A stretch of DNA of 64,000 nt, taken from an uncultured Dehalococcoidia bacterium. GTDB lineage: Bacteria; Chloroflexota; Dehalococcoidia; Bin125. Below are positions 27,050-37,569 of this stretch, piece after piece. Location: contig CAYFZI010000002.1 in the NCBI GenBank assembly GCA_964347635.1, positions 8,851 to 72,850 of the forward strand. The letters run 5' to 3'. The position numbers and the translations under genes were made by a program. The stretch's first letter is position 1. Each line of letters opens with the position of its first letter. The notes under the pieces were generated by a model. The model ran no database searches and was not told the DNA's origin. It saw only the letters and a program-made list of their open reading frames with translations.

Positions 27050-30000
27050 CCTGTCTCATCCAACGTCATCTCCCCCAGCGCCATCGGCAGCTCGACCTTG
27101 AGTGGCGGCGCCCCCATACCGCGAACGATCAGCACGCGCTCCGCGTGCTGCAGTTCGTACGGGCCGCCCCATGAATCGCGGGCGGCGACATAACGCCACC
27201 GCTTCACGCTTGCTGTGGGCACGCCGATTCCCATCACCGAGGGATCGATCGACAGCGCCAGCTCGCGGGCCGGCAGGCCGCTCTCGCCTTGAAACACGAT
27301 CGGCGTGACCCCGCGGCGGAGCGTGAGGCCGTAGGTCGGCATCTCGGCGATCGCGATCATGCTGGGCGCGCGGACCCGCAGCGCGATTCCACCGTCGATC
27401 TGCTCGACCTCCACCTGCCGCCAGGTTGCGCTGGCGAGGTCGAACACGATGAACGCCAGCGGTGCGCTCTGCGGCGCCAACGGCAGGCGCACGCTGAGAT
27501 CGGCCGATCCATCGAGCGGTGTGCCGCGCTCGTCGGTGAGCGCGATTCGCCAGGCGCTGAGGATTGATGCCTGCTCCCCATCCGGATCCCATGTCAGCGC
27601 TGCAATGTCGTCGAAGATTTCATCGAGCAGCACGCGGCGTGTGAGCGGCCGCACCTCGATCTGCACCGCGGCGGCGCCCGCCGGCGGGGCGGCGGCGTGC
27701 AGCGTGAAGGCTGGGAGGCCGTCGTCGTGCTGCGCTGCAAACCCCTCGTGCGCATCCCCCCGGCCCGTCTGGACCGTCGCGTAGACGCCGCCGCGCCAGG
27801 CGAACTCATGCACCAGCTCGCGCCGCAGCGCGATTGCCATGGGTTGGGTGGTGTCGCCGCGGGCGCGGATATGCGCGGCCGCAATGCGGCCCTCGGGGGT
27901 GGGCGCGACGAGCATTTCGTTTGCGGCCGGCAGCGTGAATCCTGCAAGGCGCCGACCAGTTGCGTCGTGCACGCCGTTGGGCAGGCGCGGTTCATAGCTC
28001 AATGTGACCGCGTCGCGCGCCGTGACTGGGGTTTGCAGCGTCAGCGTTGCGCGCGTCTCACGCCACTCCACGCCGATCACGCGGATCGTGCGCCGCCCTG
28101 CTGTCACTGTGAACCATTCGGGCTCCGCGCCGCCGGCCGCCACGGCTTCGCTGAACTGCACTTCGAGTATGGTCTCGGCCGCGCTCGCCGCTACGGCGAC
28201 GGGGCCGAGCTGAGTGTAGTTGGGGGCCAAGACGGAGGCGGCGTCGACGCGGTGGCCGGCCGCGCCGCGCAACGCTCCGGTCTCGCGGTGGCGGGCGAGG
28301 TAGGCAACGATCACGTCGCTGCTTTCGGGCAGCCCCGGCTCTTCGAGCAGCAGGGTCACGCTGCCCGCGCGCGAGACGAATACCGCTTCGACAGCGGCGC
28401 TCGATTCGGCGGCGGCGATCCACCACGAGCGCGGCGGTACGTGATCGGGATCGAGCGGGCGATCGAAATGGATCAGTACGACTCGGCCGACGGCGACAGC
28501 GCGCTCCATGATCGGAGCGCGGCCGCGGTCTGTTAGGGCGATCGTGAACGCTGCTGTCGAGTTCCCGTGACGGTCGAGGATGGGGCGGGAGCTGTTTGGG
28601 GAATAGGTCAGACGGATTCTGCTGTCGGGCCCGGCGCCTGGTTCGTGCAGCCGCAGGCGCAGCTCAGTGCCGCTGATGCCCAACACTTCGAGTACCGCAG
28701 GCGCGCGGCTGAGCGTAAAGTCGGCGGCCGCCGGCAGGCGGCTCGGGTCCAGCGGTTCATCGAACGTTATTACTAGCTCCGTAAGCCAAGACTCCGCGCT
28801 GACCGCCTGCGGCGGCCGCGCCGTTGTGTTTTCTGCTGCAACCGCGAAGGCTTCGACAACATTGCCGGTTGGGTCCGCGAGCCCGCCTGCGTCCTTTGGC
28901 GCATACTCCACGCGAACTGCAGAGCCCTCAAGCAGGCTGCGTACGAGCGTCAGCACCAACTCTGCACCCGATATCTGGGCGCCGATCACTGCGGCGCGGC
29001 CCTGTCTGTCGCTAACCGTGAAGTGCTCAAAATCTGCTGCGCCGGACAATTCCTGGTCGAATCTCAGTGTGATAGTGCTTCGATCGGCCGCGGCCGCCGT
29101 GATCTGCGGCGCGGTATCGGTCGTGTTCTGTACATCGATCTCGAATGCGCGCACGGGCCGTCCTGCGGCGTCGAGCAGCGCAGCTTCTTCGGGCGGTTCA
29201 TATGCAGCACGCACAGCGGCGCCTTCAACGGCCGCCGCGGCCAACTCAAGCGCGACAGCCGCGCCCGCTGCCTCCGCTGATACCGTGTGCAACCGCTCCG
29301 CACCGGTCCAGACTGCGAACGCGTCCGCCGTCAGCGGTGCGTCGCTCAATAACGCATCGAACTCAATCTCCAGCGAGACGCCGTCAACCTGCGCTGAGAC
29401 GGGGGCGGCGGGCGTTGCATTGCTCACCTCGATCGGATCGAACGAGGCGGCCAGGTTCGCAGGCACGGATGTATCTCGAAGCGGCGAGATCGTCTGCATC
29501 TGATACTGCAGCTGTACCAGGTCGCTGACCGCAACACTCTGCAGCAGCTCAATCCGAACCGCGCGTTCCTCGACCTCTGAATCGCGGAACGGCCGCGCCG
29601 CTCCGTTCACCCACACCCGAAACGCGTTGAGCGGCTCGCCGAAGTCGTTGAGATACGGCGGCCCCGGCCCGGCCGCGAGCGGTTGGTCGAACAGCAGCGT
29701 GATGACGTCCTCCTCGACGGCTGCGCTTTTCATCACCGGCGCCGTATCGGTATGGTTCGCAACCGTAATTTCGAAACCGGCGACAGGCAGCTCTCCCTGA
29801 TCGGCGTCCAGCAGCCGGCCGGCTGCTTCGGGCGGCGCGTAGTGCAGCACGACCTGATCAAGCTCATGCGCGGTCGGCCCGCCGAGGTTCAGCGAAACCG
29901 TTGCGCCTGCGGTCGTGATTGACTCGATCTGCGCCTCGCTGCCGTCGAGCGTGAACCCTCCTGGAGCGGCCATTGCGGAAGGGCCGATCTGTACAGCCTC

Positions 30001-33000
30001 GCTCATCTGCAGGGTGAGCGAGGCTCCGGTCACGTCGATCTCGGCCGACTGCGCTGTGGGAGCGGTGTCCGTCGTATTTTGTACGTCTATCGCGAACGCA
30101 GCGGCGTCGTTGCCTGTCAGATCGCGTATACGATTGCCTGGCCCGATCGAATACGAAAGCCGAACAGCGGCGCCGTCCGCTATCGATGCTGAAAGAGCGA
30201 TGTGTACCTGGCTGCCGTCGAGCGTTACTGTCTGTGCAGCGGGGCCGTCATCGAGCGAGAATGAGGCGGCCGCGGGCACCGAGGTTGGATCGAGCTGTTG
30301 ATCGAACACGATCGTCAGCGACTGGCTGTCGACGGCAGCGCTCACGGCCCGCGGCGGAGTGTCGGTGAGGTTCGCCAGCGCAAGATCGGTGATCGATGCT
30401 GGGTTGCCCTGCTGATCGCGCAAGTACTGCAAACCGGGCTGCACGGCGATCTCCTCCGCTGTCGGCGCTGAGTAGTTGAGTGTAACCAGTTCTCCTTCCG
30501 CAACCGCCGGATCCAGTGTCAGCGCCAGCACGCCTGCGCCCGATGCTGCGTCGTTGCGAACCTGAACGCTCTGAACCGCTGCGGCCGTGCCCGACACTGT
30601 GAAGTCGGCGGCGGGCGGGACATGTTCCGTATCAAGCGGTTGATCGAATGCAACGGCCGCAGCATCTGCGTCCACGCTGCCGCTCACCGCGCTCGGCGCT
30701 GTATCCGTTCTGTTCTCGGCCGCCGCTGCGAACGCCTCGACGGCGTTGCCTTCGGGATCTCGAAGCGCGGAGTCGCTCTCTCCTGGGTCGTACTCGATCG
30801 TGATCGCTGCCCCTTCCTGCACGTTGGCGCTGAAGGACAGGGCGACCACACCAAGCCCGCTTACAGGATCATTCCGAACCGCCGCGGCTGTTACTGCGGC
30901 GGCGCTGCCCTGAAGCGCAAACGATGCTGGATCTGGGTTGGCTGCTGTGTCTAGATCCTGGTCGAACGTGATTGCGGCGTGGTTCAGATTCACTTCCACC
31001 GCTGCGACCACCGGTATGGTGTCGGTCACATTTTCGATCATGAATCCGGGAATTGCCTCAACCGGCGCGCCGTTGACGCCCTGGAGGCGCGGCAGCTCAG
31101 CGGTCGGCGGGTCATAGAACAGCATGAGCGGAGCGCCTTCTCGCACCGGGGCTGCGAGACTCAGCGTCACCTCGCGCTCGTTCACTGCCGCACCTGAAAC
31201 TGTTGCGAAATTCACCGTGAACGCAGTGACCGGAGGTGCAGCCTGCGGTTCAAGAGCCGCATCGAAAGTGAGCACAATGGTGCTGAGATCTGCGCTGGCC
31301 GAAAGCAGCGACGGCGGGGTGCGGTTCTCTGCGTCGATCGGACCGAACGACGCTGTCGGCAAATCGGACAAGTCGCGCAGCCCGCCGCTCTTCGGCGCCG
31401 TATACGAGACCGCCGCATCGTCGGCAGCGGTCGCTGCTCGTTGGAGATTCAGGGCGACCAGTTCAGAATCAACCGCAGCCGCCGTTACGGTCACGACTTT
31501 GTTGGCAATCGAAACAGTGAACATGTTTCCGGTCAGCGGCGAGGCGGAGTCAAGCGGTTGATCGAATGTGATCGTTAGCACTTCGCCGTCAACCACGGCG
31601 CGGATCGGCAGCGCTGCGTAATCGACTGGATTGTCCGCGTTGATCGAGAACGCTGCAACCGGCAGCCGACCCTGGTCGGCGTCGCGCAAGGCGTTCGCCG
31701 CACCGGCAGTGTACGCGAGCGTGACGGCCTCGCCTTCCTGCGCCGAGGGTGCCAGCGACAGGGTGATCGTCTGGCCGCTAACAACAACGCTGCTAACTAG
31801 CGCATCCGTGCCGCCAAGCGTGAATTGGGCGGGCGGCGGCATGTCGGCAGGTTCTTCGCTCAGCGCTTCGCTGAAGGAAAGCTGGAGTGATGCTCCGTCG
31901 GCAGCGATGCCGGCGCTGACCGCGGACGGCGCGCTGTCAGTCTGGTTCACCAGCTCTTGGGTGAAAGAGGTGACTGCGTTGCCGCTGGTGTCTCTTAACC
32001 CGCCGCTGTCCGGCGCCGAATACTGCACACTGATCAAAACGCCGTCGGCGGCAGCCGGCATCAGTGCGAGCGTCACGGTTTGCCCCTCGACCGCCACGCT
32101 CTCGATACTCCTGCCTGTAACGGCAAAGTGCGCCGTGTCGGGCACCGCGGCCGCATCAAGCTGCTCATCGAACGTCAGCGTTAGTGCTGCCCCGTCTACA
32201 ACCGCCTGGGCCAACATGGGCGGGGTATCGGTCTGATTGTCTACGTCGGCGCTGAACGCTGCGGCCATGTTGCCGGTGGCGTCCTGCAGGGGCTCCTCGC
32301 TCGGCGGGGTGTACGCCAGTGTGACCGCTGCGCCTTCGAGTACTGCCTGTGCGAGCGTTAGCACCAATGCGCTGCTTGCAATCTGTATGCTCTCAATTGC
32401 GATCGCGTCCGGGCCGATGGTGAATGCCGTACCCGCCGGCACCTGCGCGGCGTCCAACGGCTGGTCAAACGTGACTTGCAGCTGTTTGAGGTTGACTGTT
32501 GCGGCGGTTACTACTGGTGCTGTATCAGTCTGATTGTCAACCATTCGGCCGCTGACCGCTCCGAATCGAACGCTGTTGCTGCCTGCGATGCCGCGCTCTT
32601 CATCCTCTGAAGGTTCGTAACTGATCTGGACAACCGCGGCTTCCACCGCGGCTGTATCCAGCGTGAGTTGAACCGTACGGCCGCTCACAAGTACAGTCGC
32701 CACAGCCGCGTTGGTGACGGTGAAATCGAGGGGCTCTGGCGTCACTGCTTCGTTCAGAGCCGTGTCAAACTCGAGCGTCAGTGCGGCGCCTTTCACGCTC
32801 GCGGCCGACAGCAGAGGCGGGCTGTTGTTTTCGACCGCCTGCTCGGAAATTGGCGCAACCACCGCACCTGCAGGTGTGCTCAGCGGCTTTGCTGTCGGCA
32901 GTCGATAGGAAATGGTCACCGCCTGATCACCTGGGATCGATGAAGCCAATTGCAATACAAGTACACCGTTTGCAACGGCGACGCTGTTTACAGCGGCTGT

Positions 33001-36000
33001 TGCGTCGCCGACGGCGATCGTGAACACATCCGATGCCGGCACGGAGTCTGCCGCTAGCGCTGCGTCGAACGTGATACGGAGCTCAGCGCCGTTGACGGCT
33101 GCTGACTGGAGCGACGGTCCTTGCTGCGCCCGATTGAGTACGCCGGTCGTGAAGCTCGGCGCTGCATTGCCCGTTGGATCCCTGAGCGGCTTGCTGCTGT
33201 CCGGCGAGTAGGTTAGTTGGAGCGCTGGGCCGGGCAGGACGCAGCAGGTGATTGTGAGCGTGACGATGTTCTCGGCCATCGCCACACCAGTGATGCTGGG
33301 CGCCGCCGCGCCTAGGCTGAACGCCGAGGCTGGAGGCGTTGAGGCTGTATCGAGATCCTGATCGAACACCACCTGCACAGATTGCTCGGCAGCCGCCGCG
33401 CTGACGACCGTCGGCGCAGTATCGGTATTGTTCGCTGCGCTGGCTGAGAATGCGGCAATGGCGAGGCCGTATTCGTCGAGCAACGGCCCTGTTGCCGGCG
33501 GTGTGTAGACGACCGATACTTCATCGCCTTCTTCAATCGCCGGTACTGCGGTGAGCAGTACGTTCGCGTGGCTGATTGCTGCGCTGGCCGGCTCCTGGCC
33601 GTTGATGCCAAATGCGCTCGTCGCGATGCCGGGCGCGGCGAACAGCGGTCGATTGAAGAGAAGAGTGACAGTGCTGCCGTCCGCGGCTGCGGAGCTCAGC
33701 GTTGCTGCATCCGGTGTGGCATTGGCGGCAGCGAGCGAAAAGGCAGCAAGCGGGCGCCCGTTCGCATCCTGCAGCGCATTTTCCTCGGGCACAGTGTAAG
33801 CAATCTGAACCGCTGCGGTTTGACGCACCGCTTGGGCCAACCGCAGGCTGAGCGTCGACCCCTTCACGCTGACGCTGGAGAGCGTTAGCGTGGCCTCGCC
33901 GCTGGTGACAGAAAATGCCGATACGCCGGGCGGCGAGCTGGCCTGCAGCGGGCTGTTGAACGCGATCTCAAGCGTCCAGCCGACTACCTCTGCGCTCATA
34001 GCCTGCGTAGCTGTTTCGTTGCGCAGTGTCAGAGGGTCGAACGACGGTGCGAGATTCGGCGGCTGCGATGTGTCCTGCAACGGTGAGTTCGTTTGCAGCT
34101 GGTACTGCACTTGGACGACTGCGGTTGGAGCTACTGCTGTAAGCAGCGTAATGATGATGCTGCGTCCATCGACCTCAATGGTTTGAAAGCCGACGCGGAG
34201 TTCGGCGACAGTGACTCGAAACGCGCTGAGCGAGCTGAGGCCTTGATCGAGCACCGGCGGTACAGCCGATGAGTCAAGCACCTGATCGAACGTCAGGGTA
34301 ATCGTGCTGCCGTCCACGGCACCGTCGACAACCGCGGGGGCGGTGTCTGTCTGGTTCTCTATCTGCAGCGCAGAGAAGGCCGGAACCACCGTTCCATTCG
34401 CGCCGCGCAGCGGTTCGGCGCCGGCTAGGACAGGCGAGTAAGAGACGCTGAGTGATACACCTTCCGAGGCTGGCGGCGTGATGGTCAAGACGACGGTTCG
34501 TTTCTGCACCGCGGCCTCAGCGGCGCTGCGGCCGTTGATCTGAAAAGCCGCTGCAGCCGGCGCAGAAGTCGTATCGAGGTCTGCGTCGAAGCTGATCGTC
34601 AGGGTGCTTCCATCGACTACTGCGGCGCTGGCGGCAGGCGCTGCGAGATTGTCGGCGCTGAGCGGACCGAATGACTCGACCGCGTTGCCTGTAGCGTCCA
34701 CCAGTAGCTTGTCCGTGTCTGGGCGGGTGTAGGAGACAGTCACAGCGGCATCGGCGCCAACGGCGTCCGCGAGGGTGAGCTCCGCCAGCTCAGCGGATAG
34801 CGCGACCGAGTCGATCGCGATCGTCTGGCCGTCGGCCGATACCGAGAAACTTGAGGGTAGGGGCTCCGAGCCGGCGTCCAGCTCTTGGTCGAATGTGATC
34901 GATACTTGGCGGCCGGTGACGGCCGCCGACAAGGGTTGAGGTGCGGTGTCAGTGATGTTGCTTGCCGTCGTCGTAAAGCCTGCTACAGCTGCGCCGTTGG
35001 CCCCCTGTAGTTTGGTCGTTTCGCCGGGTCTGTATTGAACGGCGACCGCGGCTCCTTCTGTGACCGGCTGCGCGGGCGTGAGCGTAACTTCAGCACCGCT
35101 GATCGTGAGCCCGACTGCCTGCTCATCATTGACGAGGAATGCGCTGGCAGGCGGTGCAGCAACGGAGTCCAGCGTGCTATCGAAGGTCAGCGTGACTGTC
35201 GAGCCGTTAGCAACACCGGACAGCAGGATCGGGGCTGCCGCCGCGGGCACCTGGAACGGATGGGCAGCGATCATCCCGACCAAAGGTCGAGAACCGCTTC
35301 GCCCGCGCAGCCGAGTTCCGCTGTAACGCAGCCACACCGTCTCGCTGCCTGGCAGCGCCGCGACCGGGAATGAGAGGGTTACGACCTGGCCGTCGATGCT
35401 CACATCCGCCGCTGCGGTGCAGTCTGAGTCGTCTGAATCCTCGGCCGGGCAGACTGTGAAATTATCGGCCGGCGGCTGGCGGCTTTCATCGAGTTCGACG
35501 CGGAAGGTGAGTTGAACGTCGGCGCCTTCGACAGCGAGTTCTGCAACGACCAGTTTGCTGTTGTTGTTGTTGAGCGACGATCGGCTGAATGCGGCGACGC
35601 GGGCGGACGGCTTCGTTTTGGTTTCGAGGCCGTTCGCGGCCGGCGGTGTATAGGCCAGGCCGGGGTCGTAGGAATGCCTCCAGGGCGGCATCGGCGGGAG
35701 GACGTGGAGCACGACCTGTCTTCCGTTGATCGTGATCTTGCGTACGGTGGTGCTGAAACCGGTGATATCGAACGCAGAGCCGTCCGGCACTACATTGGCA
35801 TCCAGCTCCAAGTCGAAGTCCAGCGTGATCGTGTACGCGTCGACCAATATTCCACTGACTTCAGGCGGCGGGCCGGGGGTCGTGATCGGTGTGAGCATGC
35901 CGTAGGCGGTGAAGGTGCGGGAACCGTCGCGCGATTGGATCGGGTCACCGCAGCCTGTACCGCTGCTGCAGTACTCGATAGTCGCTTCATCGCCCTGTGA

Positions 36001-36279
36001 TACGAATACCCCGAGCGTGAGCAGTATGCTGCTGCCCGCCACCTCGACTGCGTTCACTCTTCGCATGCGCGAGGAGCCGCCGGTGAAGACCTGGAAGGCG
36101 GAAGTCGGTGGTGTGGAGCTGGGATTCAGCTCCTCGCTGAACGTAAGTGTTGCGGTGTCTTCGACTATCGTTCCGCGCACAAAGGAGAGTGAATCGGACT
36201 GTGCAAGGAGCGCGCGGCCGGCGAGCAGCGCGAAGATCAGCAAGGCCAGCGCAACACCGAGCCGCTGCAGCGTTTGCAT
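27046..36279 (-). CDS. Giant secreted protein (3077 aa) made of 25 or more tandem, roughly 95-aa bacterial Ig-like repeats plus a distinct C-terminal region of about 600 aa
   Basis: N-terminal signal peptide MQTLQRLGVALALLIFALLAGRALLAQ. A recurring unit TLTFDxxLDxxSxPxxSAFxVxxxGxxxxVxSVxVxGxxVTLTLxxxVxxGxxVxVSYxxPxxxxLxDxxGNxxxxFxxxxxNxT is repeated along the chain. It is a single uninterrupted 9.2-kb ORF. Confidence 0.85.
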   Translation of the reverse strand: MQTLQRLGVALALLIFALLAGRALLAQSDSLSFVRGTIVEDTATLTFSEELNPSSTPPTSAFQVFTGGSSRMRRVNAVEVAGSSILLTLGVFVSQGDEATIEYCSSGTGCGDPIQSRDGSRTFTAYGMLTPITTPGPPPEVSGILVDAYTITLDFDLELDANVVPDGSAFDITGFSTTVRKITINGRQVVLHVLPPMPPWRHSYDPGLAYTPPAANGLETKTKPSARVAAFSRSSLNNNNSKLVVAELAVEGADVQLTFRVELDESRQPPADNFTVCPAEDSDDSDCTAAADVSIDGQVVTLSFPVAALPGSETVWLRYSGTRLRGRSGSRPLVGMIAAHPFQVPAAAAPILLSGVANGSTVTLTFDSTLDSVAAPPASAFLVNDEQAVGLTISGAEVTLTPAQPVTEGAAVAVQYRPGETTKLQGANGAAVAGFTTTASNITDTAPQPLSAAVTGRQVSITFDQELDAGSEPLPSSFSVSADGQTIAIDSVALSAELAELTLADAVGADAAVTVSYTRPDTDKLLVDATGNAVESFGPLSADNLAAPAASAAVVDGSTLTISFDADLDTTSAPAAAAFQINGRSAAEAAVQKRTVVLTITPPASEGVSLSVSYSPVLAGAEPLRGANGTVVPAFSALQIENQTDTAPAVVDGAVDGSTITLTFDQVLDSSAVPPVLDQGLSSLSAFRVTVAELRVGFQTIEVDGRSIIITLLTAVAPTAVVQVQYQLQTNSPLQDTSQPPNLAPSFDPLTLRNETATQAMSAEVVGWTLEIAFNSPLQASSPPGVSAFSVTSGEATLTLSSVSVKGSTLSLRLAQAVRQTAAVQIAYTVPEENALQDANGRPLAAFSLAAANATPDAATLSSAAADGSTVTLLFNRPLFAAPGIATSAFGINGQEPASAAISHANVLLTAVPAIEEGDEVSVVYTPPATGPLLDEYGLAIAAFSASAANNTDTAPTVVSAAAAEQSVQVVFDQDLDTASTPPASAFSLGAAAPSITGVAMAENIVTLTITCCVLPGPALQLTYSPDSSKPLRDPTGNAAPSFTTGVLNRAQQGPSLQSAAVNGAELRITFDAALAADSVPASDVFTIAVGDATAAVNSVAVANGVLVLQLASSIPGDQAVTISYRLPTAKPLSTPAGAVVAPISEQAVENNSPPLLSAASVKGAALTLEFDTALNEAVTPEPLDFTVTNAAVATVLVSGRTVQLTLDTAAVEAAVVQISYEPSEDEERGIAGSNSVRFGAVSGRMVDNQTDTAPVVTAATVNLKQLQVTFDQPLDAAQVPAGTAFTIGPDAIAIESIQIASSALVLTLAQAVLEGAAVTLAYTPPSEEPLQDATGNMAAAFSADVDNQTDTPPMLAQAVVDGAALTLTFDEQLDAAAVPDTAHFAVTGRSIESVAVEGQTVTLALMPAAADGVLISVQYSAPDSGGLRDTSGNAVTSFTQELVNQTDSAPSAVSAGIAADGASLQLSFSEALSEEPADMPPPAQFTLGGTDALVSSVVVSGQTITLSLAPSAQEGEAVTLAYTAGAANALRDADQGRLPVAAFSINADNPVDYAALPIRAVVDGEVLTITFDQPLDSASPLTGNMFTVSIANKVVTVTAAAVDSELVALNLQRAATAADDAAVSYTAPKSGGLRDLSDLPTASFGPIDAENRTPPSLLSASADLSTIVLTFDAALEPQAAPPVTAFTVNFATVSGAAVNEREVTLSLAAPVREGAPLMLFYDPPTAELPRLQGVNGAPVEAIPGFMIENVTDTIPVVAAVEVNLNHAAITFDQDLDTAANPDPASFALQGSAAAVTAAAVRNDPVSGLGVVALSFSANVQEGAAITIEYDPGESDSALRDPEGNAVEAFAAAAENRTDTAPSAVSGSVDADAAAVAFDQPLDTEHVPPAADFTVSGTAAAVQSVQVRNDAASGAGVLALTLDPAVAEGELVTLNYSAPTAEEIAVQPGLQYLRDQQGNPASITDLALANLTDTPPRAVSAAVDSQSLTIVFDQQLDPTSVPAAASFSLDDGPAAQTVTLDGSQVHIALSASIADGAAVRLSYSIGPGNRIRDLTGNDAAAFAIDVQNTTDTAPTAQSAEIDVTGASLTLQMSEAVQIGPSAMAAPGGFTLDGSEAQIESITTAGATVSLNLGGPTAHELDQVVLHYAPPEAAGRLLDADQGELPVAGFEITVANHTDTAPVMKSAAVEEDVITLLFDQPLAAGPGPPYLNDFGEPLNAFRVWVNGAARPFRDSEVEERAVRIELLQSVAVSDLVQLQYQMQTISPLRDTSVPANLAASFDPIEVSNATPAAPVSAQVDGVSLEIEFDALLSDAPLTADAFAVWTGAERLHTVSAEAAGAAVALELAAAAVEGAAVRAAYEPPEEAALLDAAGRPVRAFEIDVQNTTDTAPQITAAAADRSTITLRFDQELSGAADFEHFTVSDRQGRAAVIGAQISGAELVLTLVRSLLEGSAVRVEYAPKDAGGLADPTGNVVEAFAVAAENTTARPPQAVSAESWLTELVITFDEPLDPSRLPAAADFTLSRAPAVLEVLGISGTELRLRLHEPGAGPDSRIRLTYSPNSSRPILDRHGNSTAAFTIALTDRGRAPIMERAVAVGRVVLIHFDRPLDPDHVPPRSWWIAAAESSAAVEAVFVSRAGSVTLLLEEPGLPESSDVIVAYLARHRETGALRGAAGHRVDAASVLAPNYTQLGPVAVAASAAETILEVQFSEAVAAGGAEPEWFTVTAGRRTIRVIGVEWRETRATLTLQTPVTARDAVTLSYEPRLPNGVHDATGRRLAGFTLPAANEMLVAPTPEGRIAAAHIRARGDTTQPMAIALRRELVHEFAWRGGVYATVQTGRGDAHEGFAAQHDDGLPAFTLHAAAPPAGAAAVQIEVRPLTRRVLLDEIFDDIAALTWDPDGEQASILSAWRIALTDERGTPLDGSADLSVRLPLAPQSAPLAFIVFDLASATWRQVEVEQIDGGIALRVRAPSMIAIAEMPTYGLTLRRGVTPIVFQGESGLPARELALSIDPSVMGIGVPTASVKRWRYVAARDSWGGPYELQHAERVLIVRGMGAPPLKVELPMALGEMTLDETG

Positions 36280-36338
36280 CCGGGGCCTGCGGACTGCCTG
36301 TATTCGTCAGGCTTGGTTCGGCGTCCTGTCCGGTTCGG

Positions 36339-37124
36339 CTATAGATCCGCGATTTCGCTGCGCAGCTCGCGGTCGTCGACGATGTGGCCGGTGTAGCTGG
36401 GCGGCTGGCTGGCGATCCAGGCGGTCGCCCGCGCCATCCAGGTTGCCTCCTCAAACTCGGTCTGCGGATTGTCCGGTGTGGTCAGCGCGTACCAGTGGCC
36501 GGGTGTTTTGATCAGGTAGCGTAGCGTCAAGACGTTACAGGCGATCTGGTACTGCTGCAGTTCCATCGCCATGCCTTGCGTGATCCGCTCGAGGCCGGCT
36601 TTGACCATCCCGTAGAACTGGCCGCCTTCACGCGGGTCGTCGTACGGCCCTGGCCCGGGCGGATCGGCCGCACCGGAAGAGATGTTGATGATGTCGCCGC
36701 CGTGCTCCTTCATGTGCGGGAGCGCTGCCTTGCAGAGCAGCACCGGCCCGCGCAGGTCGAGCTGCCAGATCAGGTCGATATGGCGCTCCTGCACCGATTC
36801 GAGGCTGCCGGGCACCAACACGGCGGCGTTGTTGATCAGGATGTCGATACCGCCAAGTTCCGCGACCGTACGTTCTACTGCGTGAGTGATCGACTCGGGG
36901 TTGCGCACGTCGAGCGGGACGGGCGCCGCGGTGCCGCCGGCGCTGCGGATTTCCTCCGCGACGGTGCGGATCGTGCCCGGCAAGCGGGGGTCGGGGGATG
37001 CTTCGTCCGATCGCGCGGCGACGGCCACCGCCGCCCCGTGCGCCGCCAGCCCGCGCGCGATGTCCGCGCCAATTCCGCGGCTCGCGCCCGTCACCAGCGC
37101 CTTGCGTCCATCGAGCAGTGCCAT
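36339..37124 (-). CDS. SDR family oxidoreductase
   Basis: ALVTGASRGIGADIA Rossmann motif, NNAAV motif and Y/K catalytic pair region. Confidence 0.8.
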   Translation of the reverse strand: MALLDGRKALVTGASRGIGADIARGLAAHGAAVAVAARSDEASPDPRLPGTIRTVAEEIRSAGGTAAPVPLDVRNPESITHAVERTVAELGGIDILINNAAVLVPGSLESVQERHIDLIWQLDLRGPVLLCKAALPHMKEHGGDIINISSGAADPPGPGPYDDPREGGQFYGMVKAGLERITQGMAMELQQYQIACNVLTLRYLIKTPGHWYALTTPDNPQTEFEEATWMARATAWIASQPPSYTGHIVDDRELRSEIADL

Positions 37125-37569
37125 TTGCGCCTCCTTCTGCTGCAGATTGTCTCGCGGTACACACGCAAAGTGTATTCGCCGAGTCTAACTGTGGCGGCCA
37201 GGGCCTGTGCGGCTATCTGGAGGGCGTCTTGGATGATGTCGAGGCGGATGAAGGCGAGGAATGCGCTGCCCAGCTTGCGGCAGCGCTCGATCGAGGGCGA
37301 AACAGTCGACGCGGCGGCCCAGCCGCAGCACCTCAGCTGCGGCCCGCTGCCCGCCCGCTGCCTGAAGGGCCGACCCCGATGAGGGACCGCCGAGCCGGCC
37401 AACCAAGACGTTCTCGGCCTCCGTCAGCGGCGCCCTTGGCGCCGGCCATGACTCGCCGCGGCATGAACACTCGGGCGGCAGCATGCGGGGATCTGGCCGC
37501 GCGCTACTGCGCTGGCGCAGATGCCGCCCTGCGGTGAACAAGCTCAAGCCCTCGCGGTAGCATTCGGGC

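Noticed and set aside
27046-36279. Possibility that the giant repeat gene contains a CRISPR-like or assembly-collapsed DNA repeat array
   Set aside because: The repeats are at protein level and diverged. No regular short direct repeats with spacers are visible in the DNA.
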